Source of the DNA: Candidatus Saccharimonadota bacterium
GTDB lineage: Bacteria > Patescibacteriota > Gracilibacteria > UBA1369 > 2-02-FULL-48-14
Length of the DNA stretch: 32,000 nt
NCBI GenBank assembly: GCA_965230905.1
Contig: OZ246396.1
Span: 840,001-872,000 of the forward strand
Reading direction: 5' to 3'
Shown here: positions 21,865 through 29,336 of the stretch, in pieces
Layout of the letters: each line of letters begins with the position of its first letter
Position numbering within the stretch: position 1 is the stretch's first letter
The notes under the pieces: generated by a model
The model's database searches: none
The model's input: only the letters and a program-made list of their open reading frames with translations
What the model was told of the DNA's origin: nothing
Program-made: the position numbers and the translations under genes

Positions 21865-22827
21865 TTATTTTTTCAAGAAGGAGTCTAGATCCTCAAAAGA
21901 ATTGAATAAATTTGAGGGAGATAGTTTTAAAATAATCGCCATTAATTGTTCTGTCAGCCTTATGAACATATCCATCTCTTTTAGGTCGACTTGATCAGTT
22001 TTAATTCCAAAGTGGATTAGCCGGTTTCTGGTTTTACTTATTCTCTGAATATTTTTCCGTGCTTTTTCATCAATATTTTTTAAGAAATACTGATTTAGTA
22101 TAAATGCAATTTTCTTATCCCCACTCATTTGTTCAATAGCCGAATTGTCCAGCCATTTTCTGTTTTTTATTGCGAAAATATGCTCCCAAATCGTCCAACA
22201 GAGAATAAATGAGGTTTCTCTTATTTGACGTTGAATAGCAGAACGAAATAAGAACAAAAAATACCCCCCTTCGTATTCCTCTTGCCATTCCTTACTTGAA
22301 ATCGTGACTAAAACTTCATTGAGACTTTTTTCGAATCCAATATTAACTTTATCCCAATAAAATATAGGCGTTTGCCCCATTTGTTTTTGGGTTCGTATTT
22401 CGCCAGTTTTCCTGCTTTTAAAAACCCAATCACTTTTTAGAGAAAGCAGCAGCTGCGCACCGTAATGATGCATTCTATGCTCAGCCATGACTATGCTACC
22501 ATTCTTGTCAGGCCAATCTTTTTTGAAAACGTTTCTATCAGTAAATATAGAAAAAAGCAGCAAAATGTCATCAAGTTGTTTTAGCGGACTTTGCCAGGAC
22601 AAGACTGCTTTTTTCTCCTTAATAGGTAGTTGCACAACTGCTGTAATTTGATGGCTGCCAACTTGTACTTTTGTTTGAAACTCGCTTCCACTTGAATCTA
22701 CCAAGTGCATCATCTTATCGAAAGCTTCTTTATAGTTAGGAATCCGTTTAAAACTATAATCGCCAACCTGGATCTCATATACATAGGGAGGAAATTCTAG
22801 ATTGAAAATGGGTAATTCTGAGGTCAA
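21865..22827 (-). CDS. Hypothetical protein (320 aa) with a C-terminal Rx4H HEPN-type motif
   Basis: ISKTRNRLIHFG contains R-NRLI-H, with Asn after the Arg as in many HEPN families. It sits in a helical C-terminal region. The start codon is TTG, so the start is uncertain. Confidence 0.6.
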   Translation of the reverse strand: MTSELPIFNLEFPPYVYEIQVGDYSFKRIPNYKEAFDKMMHLVDSSGSEFQTKVQVGSHQITAVVQLPIKEKKAVLSWQSPLKQLDDILLLFSIFTDRNVFKKDWPDKNGSIVMAEHRMHHYGAQLLLSLKSDWVFKSRKTGEIRTQKQMGQTPIFYWDKVNIGFEKSLNEVLVTISSKEWQEEYEGGYFLFLFRSAIQRQIRETSFILCWTIWEHIFAIKNRKWLDNSAIEQMSGDKKIAFILNQYFLKNIDEKARKNIQRISKTRNRLIHFGIKTDQVDLKEMDMFIRLTEQLMAIILKLSPSNLFNSFEDLDSFLKK

Positions 22828-22913
22828 TTTGTGGCCTTTTTACAGCGTGCTCATAGCTTACTACCTTTATGCCATAATGACACTTGTTTTCAGATTCACT
22901 TCACTTTTACAGC

Positions 22914-23390
22914 TTATTGAATTTTGCAATTTCTCAAAATCACATTCATCAAGTAGTCGGGCTTTTCGCCTGTTAAGGTAATTTGTTGTCCTTGAGTGAG
23001 GCTTGCGGCTTTTTCAAGCTCGGAATCTTCCAACATGCATTGAACGGTTCCGATTATGTCGCCAGTTTTCAGGGACACGTACATCGTATCCAATATGTCT
23101 TTTCCGATAGTGCTGATTGTCCCACTGACTTCGATGGTTTTGCCTTTATATTTTTCATCGGCAGCCACTTGATTACCTTTATAGTCGGAAAACAGCTGAG
23201 ATGCCGTTACAGTTGTAACTTCTTCAACGACTTCAGCCGTCGCTGCTGTTTCGGTTGTTGAGGTGCTCTGTCCCTCCTTTGGGCTTCCTAGAGCTGAAAC
23301 GACGGTGAAGAATAAGAAAACGCCACCAATCCCTGTTAATATCTTATGACGTTTGAACCAACTTTGGTTCTGAGTGTGTTCGGTAGCCAT
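22914..23390 (-). CDS. Membrane-anchored OB-fold protein (tRNA_anti-like family)
   Basis: An N-terminal TM segment (ILTGIGGVFLFFTVVSAL) is followed by SQLFSDYKGNQVAADEKYKGKTIEVSGTI, the hallmark stretch of this family. Confidence 0.65.
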   Translation of the reverse strand: MATEHTQNQSWFKRHKILTGIGGVFLFFTVVSALGSPKEGQSTSTTETAATAEVVEEVTTVTASQLFSDYKGNQVAADEKYKGKTIEVSGTISTIGKDILDTMYVSLKTGDIIGTVQCMLEDSELEKAASLTQGQQITLTGEKPDYLMNVILRNCKIQ

Positions 23391-23450
23391 ACTTTTGTTG
23401 GGTTAAAAGGTTAAGCTACAGGCATATTATCCGATTTTGGGTTATTATCA

Positions 23451-23465
23451 ATCCTAAAATAGGAT
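23451..23465. promoter_or_regulatory. Candidate operator palindrome upstream of the XRE gene
   Basis: atccta-aaa-taggat is a perfect 6-bp inverted repeat lying 8 nt upstream of the ATG, in the divergent intergenic region. Confidence 0.4.
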
Positions 23466-23472
23466 ACTCTTT

Positions 23473-23688
23473 ATGAGCACAATAGCTTCAAAAGAGTACC
23501 GGGAAATCATCGAACGCCTTATTAAGGCTAGGAAAGATGCTGGTCTTACGCAAGTAGAGGTCGCAAAACTTTTAGGTAAACCTCAATCCTTCGTTTCAAA
23601 AGTTGAAAGTCGAGAGAGGAGACTAGATATTGTTGAAATAAAACAATTTGCAAAGATCTATGCGGTCAATGTTTCGGATTTAATTTAG
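23473..23688 (+). CDS. XRE-family helix-turn-helix regulator
   Basis: 71 aa. RKDAGLTQVEVAKLLGKPQSFVSKVESRERRLDIVE is a classic HTH_3 pattern. Confidence 0.85.
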   Translation: MSTIASKEYREIIERLIKARKDAGLTQVEVAKLLGKPQSFVSKVESRERRLDIVEIKQFAKIYAVNVSDLI

Positions 23689-23722
23689 GCTATTAAATAT
23701 AGAGGGGTAGTGTTGGCATTTT

Positions 23723-25237
23723 TTAATGCCACTGAACTCTTTTATATCCAAATCTATCTTCATATTCCGTACGATCTAAATAATGTGATGTGGAAGATCC
23801 ATCGTTATGCAAAAATGCTAACATCAAACCGCTTCTTTGTTTTTCCTGAGCCGCGAATGTGATTAACATGGTAAGTGCGTCTACAAGGTCATCATGCCTT
23901 TCAAGACCAAAGTTCAACAATTGTTGAATAAGTTTTTCGCATCCTTGCTCTGGAAATAGGATCTGACCTCTCTCAAATAAGTGTGAAACTAACATTAGTC
24001 GAGCACTTTTATCTCCCCTTGGGGTTACGCCTTCTACAATGCAGCCTCTATTTTTTAAAGTTTCAATTGCTGCTTTTTGATACGCAACATCTTCTACAAT
24101 CAGCTTTGCTTCATGAGCGTCATGGATATTCTTAGCCGTGTTAATGGTTTCTTCAAAGGTCAACCTGCTGTTAATAGGGTTTGGTAGAATGTAAATTGCC
24201 ATCTTTTCTCCATAGCCATGCACTTGTGCGCTGACCATTGCAGTGCAATCTGCCTTTTGATTTTGTGAAATAGCTAAATCTATCCCAGTTAGTACTTTTC
24301 TAAATTTGAATTCTCTGTTTTTCTTATCTTTCTCTGGTAACTGAGTGTAGTAGTGAATCCACTTTGGGAAAATAATTCGATCCGTATTCGTTACGATATT
24401 GAGCATGTACTCCCTTTGCCACGATGATTCTTTTCCGATCCGTTTCTTTTCGTTTAGGATGCTTTCCTCACTAGGGAACTTAGCTGGCCACAAACAGTTT
24501 TCCTTATCATCGAGCAAGGGATAAGCGCGAAATTCGCCATTAAACTCTTTTCTTTGAATACGGCCTTTGAGTCTCATGATGAAAGAATCTTCATGTAGAA
24601 GGTTTCCGATAACAACAAGGCGTGTGTCTGGAGTACCTGCAGGTATGATTTCGCTTGTGATTGCATCATCTACTTTATCTCTCCCTTCTAGAGTTTTTAC
24701 TGAGTTAATATCTTCAACGTCGTCGCAGATTATAAGATCAGGTCGATGAGCACCGTGACGAGTACCACGGATGCTTTGATCTATAGATACTGCTGTGATT
24801 CGTGCCCCAAAATTTGGGATTTCAAGTGTATATGAGTTCCATTCGTCTTCGATTTCCTTAAATGGCCCCAGATCTCTCATCAAAAGGGTATTATTTTCTA
24901 ACTCCTGTTTGATATTCTTCAAATGCCGTTTAGCTTGTTCCTGAGTAAAGCCAACGATTACAACGTACTTGCATTGTCGTTTCCCTAAAATAGACCAGAT
25001 AGGAAGACTCATGTTCATGATGGTAGACTTTCCAGAACCTCTAAAAGCCACAATTACGGTGTTTCTTACCGAATCACTCTCCGTTAGTGCAAACATTTCC
25101 TTTTGAAAGTCTGCGGTGTCGTAGCCAATGTAATGGCCAAAATAGATATGAAAGAAAAAATAGTGGCTTTCATATGCAAGCTTTCTTCGAGCTGCGCTGC
25201 TTTTTATGATGTTTTGAAGGTTTTCAATTTTTTTCAT
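23723..25237 (-). CDS. terL: Terminase large subunit
   Basis: Walker A-like AFRGSGKST, Walker B LIICDDVED and a C-terminal nuclease-like region (GIDLA.., IVEDVAYQ, DDLVDAL). Confidence 0.85.
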   Translation of the reverse strand: MKKIENLQNIIKSSAARRKLAYESHYFFFHIYFGHYIGYDTADFQKEMFALTESDSVRNTVIVAFRGSGKSTIMNMSLPIWSILGKRQCKYVVIVGFTQEQAKRHLKNIKQELENNTLLMRDLGPFKEIEDEWNSYTLEIPNFGARITAVSIDQSIRGTRHGAHRPDLIICDDVEDINSVKTLEGRDKVDDAITSEIIPAGTPDTRLVVIGNLLHEDSFIMRLKGRIQRKEFNGEFRAYPLLDDKENCLWPAKFPSEESILNEKKRIGKESSWQREYMLNIVTNTDRIIFPKWIHYYTQLPEKDKKNREFKFRKVLTGIDLAISQNQKADCTAMVSAQVHGYGEKMAIYILPNPINSRLTFEETINTAKNIHDAHEAKLIVEDVAYQKAAIETLKNRGCIVEGVTPRGDKSARLMLVSHLFERGQILFPEQGCEKLIQQLLNFGLERHDDLVDALTMLITFAAQEKQRSGLMLAFLHNDGSSTSHYLDRTEYEDRFGYKRVQWH

Positions 25238-25655
25238 TTGAATTGAGATTAGATGGCAATAAAAGTCCGGCGTGTTTTAGGGCGGTAGTGATTTGCTCTT
25301 CCTGCTCTAGGGTGAGCTTGGTATTTGTTTTAAGTTCTCCGGATAGCTCTACTCGAGTTTTGTAATCTGGGTGATTATTCTTGAGCCAGAATATAATTCC
25401 GGTCATGTTGCCATCCCGTACGGCCTTTAGTAGCTGCGATTCTGCCATATCGTTAACGAGGCTTTTTCCTCGGCATAGAGCTTCATCCGCTTCTTCTGCA
25501 AATTTCTCGTCTTCTTTGCGCCAGCGGTAGTAGCTAGCCCTTCCAACTCCGACTTTTTCACAGGCGATTTGAACAATTGGAGTTTTACGAAGCTGCTCGA
25601 TGAGCTCCGCTTTGTTTTTATCTGTTTTTTGCGAAATGTTTTCGTCCATATTCAT
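25224..25655 (-). CDS. Terminase small subunit-like HTH protein
   Basis: 143 aa. IACEKVGVGRASYYRWRKEDEKF is an HTH segment. The gene overlaps terL by 14 nt in the position usual for terS. Confidence 0.6.
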   Translation of the reverse strand: MNMDENISQKTDKNKAELIEQLRKTPIVQIACEKVGVGRASYYRWRKEDEKFAEEADEALCRGKSLVNDMAESQLLKAVRDGNMTGIIFWLKNNHPDYKTRVELSGELKTNTKLTLEQEEQITTALKHAGLLLPSNLNSNEKN

Positions 25656-26407
25656 GGGATTAGTAAGCTAGCTTTTTGGCCAGTCATTTTTTCAAAGCGG
25701 TCTATGATCACTTGGCAGTAAACGGGATCTATCTCGACACCAATGCATATTCGTTTTGTTTGCTCGCAGGCAAGTAATGTTGAGCCGCTTCCAAGAAAGG
25801 GGTCATAAACAAGTTCACCGATCTTTGTGCTGTTCAAAATCAGTCTTCGAAGAAGTGGGATTGGTTTCATCGTGGGATGAAGAGTGTTCTTTAAAGGTTT
25901 CGGAGCTATGAGAACGCTTTTATCCTTATAAAGTGGGATTTCATGCTTTCCTTGCCAGCCATAGGCTATGAGTTCATGCTGGGGACAGTAGTCCAGCCGT
26001 CCTATAACCGCTCCCGTCTTCACCCAAATGAGAAGCTGAGACAGTTTAAAACCTTGGCTAATTAAGGCTTCACGGAGGCTGAAAACCATTCTGTCCGAGT
26101 TGAATATGTAGTACGAGTTTTTATCTTTCAGGTATGGTTTTATAAGTTTCAGCCAGCTCTCGGAGAACTCCTGATAAACTTCTTCGTTTTGGATCTGGTC
26201 ATTTGCAATTTTCTTGTGATTGCTCGCCTTATAGTCCACACCATAAGGCGGATCTGTGAGGATTAAATTAAACTTCTGCTCACTTAAAAGTTCTTGAACA
26301 AGCTTTTCAGCTCTAGAGTCGCCACAAGCGAGTAGATGATTTCCGAGTTTATAAATGTTTCCAGGCTTAATTAAGGAGCTTGGCTTTTTTTCCAGTGAGT
26401 TTTTCAT
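25652..26407 (-). CDS. DNA methyltransferase, beta class (N6-adenine or N4-cytosine)
   Basis: Motif IV (LTDPPYG) precedes motif I (DPFLGSGSTLLACE). Confidence 0.85.
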   Translation of the reverse strand: MKNSLEKKPSSLIKPGNIYKLGNHLLACGDSRAEKLVQELLSEQKFNLILTDPPYGVDYKASNHKKIANDQIQNEEVYQEFSESWLKLIKPYLKDKNSYYIFNSDRMVFSLREALISQGFKLSQLLIWVKTGAVIGRLDYCPQHELIAYGWQGKHEIPLYKDKSVLIAPKPLKNTLHPTMKPIPLLRRLILNSTKIGELVYDPFLGSGSTLLACEQTKRICIGVEIDPVYCQVIIDRFEKMTGQKASLLIP

Positions 26408-27665
26408 AACGAGTGATGATTAAAGAGCAAAATAAGGGATCCAGTTCCACCATGAAGCACGACCGCTTCATTTGCTCTGCAGCAATCAAAGTAGCTCCAG
26501 AGCCGCCGAACAGTTCTAGGATAGTGTCTCCAGGTTTTGTGCAGCGACGGATGATCTTTTCATAGAGCGTTGGTGGTTTCGAAGTTGGATGCAGATATTC
26601 ACTTGAAGGCAAGCGGCTTTCTAGCCAAATATTGAATAAGTCCATGACCTCGCCGTGGAGGCGATTACCCGTGCTTACCTCCTTGTTTAGAATTTCGTTA
26701 AAATTGGTGTGATATTGAGACAGGAAAGGCTCTCCAGTTATTCCATACACGCAGGGTTCATAGACTTTGTTGAAGGCCACTTGGGGCGTAGCCATTTGGT
26801 TGTTCTTGAGCCAGATGCAAACCCGTTCATTTTTAATACCAACTTCTTCATAGAGTTCCTGAATAAGGCCGATGTAGCGTTCGTCACACCAGTAGGCAAA
26901 GTGACAATCCTTCTGAGCAATTGAAAGAGCGTTCTCGATCGTCTTTTTAAGAAAGGATTTATAGTCGACTCTACTTTTATTGTCTTGAACTTTAGTACCG
27001 CCGTATTTCCCCTTGGTTCCGATTCCGTTGTTGTAATTCAAGGAAATGTTGAAGGGTGGATCCGCGCAGACCAGCTCAATAGAAGTTTTACCGGCCAGTC
27101 TTTGAACGACCTCCAGCTTTGTTGAATCGCCACAAATAAGGCGGTGGTTTCCAAGTTCGTACATTTCACCTTCCTTTACGAAGGGCGTGATTTTCTTTAT
27201 TTCCTCTTGTTCATCAAAGTGGTCGTCCTCTGTCTCAAGCACCTCATCCCAAATGTGGTGAAGGTCTGAGTCATCAAAGCCAATGTCTAAAAGGAGGGAG
27301 ATATCAAAATTCTTAAGCAGATCGTAGTCCCAAGCTCCTTGGTCACGGTTAAGGCGAAGGTTGAGTTCTACCTCCCTTTCTTCCTCCGGGATATTAATGT
27401 ATACTACTGGAATTTCTGTGCATCCAAGGTCTTTAGCGATTTTCAGGCGAAAATGACCGCCAATTACAATATTTTTACGATTAGGTGCTGAGTTTACGAG
27501 GATGGGGTCTACAATGCCAAAGCTCTTTATACTTTCTGTGAGGTCTTCTACTGCTTTCTTATCCCACTTCCTTGGATTGTATGGAGCAGGGTTTAGATCA
27601 GTAACTAAAACATTCGTGATCTTTAGGATTCGTGAGTTGTCTTTCATAGGATGCGGGTTAAGCAT
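26367..27665 (-). CDS. ParB-like nuclease domain fused to a beta-class DNA methyltransferase
   Basis: The N-terminus NPRKWDKKAVEDLTESIKSFGIVDPILVN..GGHFR is ParB-like. It is followed by CADPPFN (motif IV) and LFGGSGATLIAAE (motif I). Confidence 0.85.
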   Translation of the reverse strand: MLNPHPMKDNSRILKITNVLVTDLNPAPYNPRKWDKKAVEDLTESIKSFGIVDPILVNSAPNRKNIVIGGHFRLKIAKDLGCTEIPVVYINIPEEEREVELNLRLNRDQGAWDYDLLKNFDISLLLDIGFDDSDLHHIWDEVLETEDDHFDEQEEIKKITPFVKEGEMYELGNHRLICGDSTKLEVVQRLAGKTSIELVCADPPFNISLNYNNGIGTKGKYGGTKVQDNKSRVDYKSFLKKTIENALSIAQKDCHFAYWCDERYIGLIQELYEEVGIKNERVCIWLKNNQMATPQVAFNKVYEPCVYGITGEPFLSQYHTNFNEILNKEVSTGNRLHGEVMDLFNIWLESRLPSSEYLHPTSKPPTLYEKIIRRCTKPGDTILELFGGSGATLIAAEQMKRSCFMVELDPLFCSLIITRYEKLTGKKAKLLN

Positions 27666-27720
27666 CCTTAGTTTTTCACGGAAAAAAGGTTCTTTAGATT
27701 TCTTATTTCCCCACTAATTA

Positions 27721-27760
27721 CAGAAGAAAATAAAATAAGAAATTCCAAGAAAGGGAATTT
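27721..27760 (-). terminator. Intrinsic terminator after the 27766 gene
   Basis: aaattcc (27740-27746) pairs with ggaattt (27754-27760) as a perfect 7-bp stem with a 7-nt loop. On the minus strand it is followed by cttattttattttcttc. Confidence 0.5.
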
Positions 27761-27765
27761 GTTTC

Positions 27766-28434
27766 CTAGTATTCAAAGTTCCTAAAAATCAGCCCTTCTC
27801 CTGGGATCACATCTATTATCTTAAGCTCCTCATGTGTTGTAACAGGCATTTGAATATTTTTCCTAACCTTCCGACGTAGAAGTTGGCTCTTCACATTGTG
27901 TATCTGCTTTTCTCGTTTTTCCTTTAGTAGAATTCGTTTTTTACCCTTCGATCTGAAAAAATCATAAATTTTTTCATAGGAGCAAAACCCCTTTTTGTCT
28001 GAGTACTTTAAAAGAGCAATGAGCAGTAGATACTCAAGCCCATTTTTATTGATAAAATTTGCATTTTTTCCATAAAAGTAAATTTCTCCTTCTACTTCTT
28101 CAATTGCCATCCTTGGGTGCGTTATTATTTCTTCTGTTTCTCTTTCTCGCCAAATTTCCCTTGAGATAGGAGGCGTAGAGGGGATTAGATTATAAGTAGA
28201 CAGTGGGATAGAGCTGTTGATTGAATCAATAGCTCTCATAAGGTATTCACCCAGTTCGGACGCTCTATCAACAGCATTCATAACAGCAGGCAGCGCAAAA
28301 TTCTCCGCAATCCTATCTGCTTGTTTTAGAGCTTCGGCTACAAAAGGCTCAAGCCTAGCTCTAGTTTCTTCTGTCTCTAATAAAGCCTGTGCTTGGATTT
28401 TTTTTATAATTTCAATTCTTTCGTTTATTCCCAT
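27766..28434 (-). CDS. Hypothetical protein (222 aa)
   Basis: ORF only. The basic C-terminal half could bind DNA, but I recognised no motif. Confidence 0.55.
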   Translation of the reverse strand: MGINERIEIIKKIQAQALLETEETRARLEPFVAEALKQADRIAENFALPAVMNAVDRASELGEYLMRAIDSINSSIPLSTYNLIPSTPPISREIWRERETEEIITHPRMAIEEVEGEIYFYGKNANFINKNGLEYLLLIALLKYSDKKGFCSYEKIYDFFRSKGKKRILLKEKREKQIHNVKSQLLRRKVRKNIQMPVTTHEELKIIDVIPGEGLIFRNFEY

Positions 28435-28561
28435 TTGAAGCGTAAAGTTGGATGTTGTAATAATAAGTTTTCTAGCATCTCGAGTAAAGCTTTGGCTATT
28501 GGCTTTTGTGGCTCCTCCTTAATCTTTTTGCTATCGTCATTATTAATTCATGTATCTATAT

Positions 28562-28708
28562 ATGCATGACTTTAAAGAACTAAAGAAGAGGAACGGAAAG
28601 AATAAGCAACTCTGGGTAACGATTACTTTTTACGCTGACGAAGAGGAGTGCAGTATTGCTTATGAGAAAACTATTCGTGCCATTTTAAGGCTAAATTTAT
28701 TTCATTAA
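28562..28708 (+). CDS. Possible small ORF (48 aa)
   Basis: MHDFKELKKRNGKNKQLWVTITFYADEEECSIAYEKTIRAILRLNLFH. It is below the ORF-track cutoff and has no family. Confidence 0.2.
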   Translation: MHDFKELKKRNGKNKQLWVTITFYADEEECSIAYEKTIRAILRLNLFH

Positions 28709-28720
28709 CTTTTAACCTAT

Positions 28721-29308
28721 ATGAAATTATCAGATGAAGCCGTTCGTGAATTTCAGGAAATTTATAAAAAGAAATACGGGAAAGAAATTTCTCATGCTGA
28801 GGCATACGAGTCTGGAAGTAGGCTTTTAGGCCTTTTTGAAGTTCTACTCAAAGGGGCTCAGGTAGAACGTGCGAGAAAATTGAGGCTGAAAGATGAACCT
28901 AAAGGCTTCCATATCAATGGTGGCCCATATACTTGTTTCATCTGCGGTCAATATGTGAGCGACGAAGAGACTTGGTACGATAAATATGGAATCAAGTGCT
29001 TGGTATGCCAGCGTGCTGTGGAGAAGCGGGTAGTGCCTGGGAAAATCTGTCAGGACAAAGACTCGTGGTACTCCATGTGGGAACTGGATCACTACTTCAA
29101 GATTAAACATCAAACTGCACGGAAGCTCATCCGACAAGGCAAGTTGAAAGCCAGGGTCATCACTTCGCAAAGTGACGATGCTTACTGTTTTGTTTTTCTC
29201 ATCAAGGAGAACCCCATTCTAGGTTCAAAGCCGAAGTCCACCTTGGTCAAACATGAAGATGGTCGCTTTAGTACTAGTCTGGAGGAAAGAACTATTCAGT
29301 TTGATTAG
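28721..29308 (+). CDS. Hypothetical protein with a zinc-ribbon-like CxxC..CxxC
   Basis: 195 aa containing CFICGQYVSDEETWYDKYGIKCLVCQ. Confidence 0.55.
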   Translation: MKLSDEAVREFQEIYKKKYGKEISHAEAYESGSRLLGLFEVLLKGAQVERARKLRLKDEPKGFHINGGPYTCFICGQYVSDEETWYDKYGIKCLVCQRAVEKRVVPGKICQDKDSWYSMWELDHYFKIKHQTARKLIRQGKLKARVITSQSDDAYCFVFLIKENPILGSKPKSTLVKHEDGRFSTSLEERTIQFD

Positions 29309-29336
29309 AGCTTCATTCTTGATCGAATTGTCCCAA

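Larger units (their letters stand above)
18531..29308. mobile_element. Prophage remnant or satellite-like integrative element next to tRNA-Gln (ends not defined)
   Basis: This AT-richer block starts at the tRNA 3' end. It carries a large serine recombinase, small and large terminase genes, two phage-type methyltransferases and an XRE regulator. No portal, capsid or tail genes are present. Confidence 0.6.

Noticed and set aside
28540-28575. The tgcatgac string at 28564-28571 and at 18537-18544 as further copies of the portable promoter block
   Set aside because: Only the 8-mer is shared. The flanking GCAAT and spacer/TATAAT context of the island-1 blocks is absent, so a chance match is likely.
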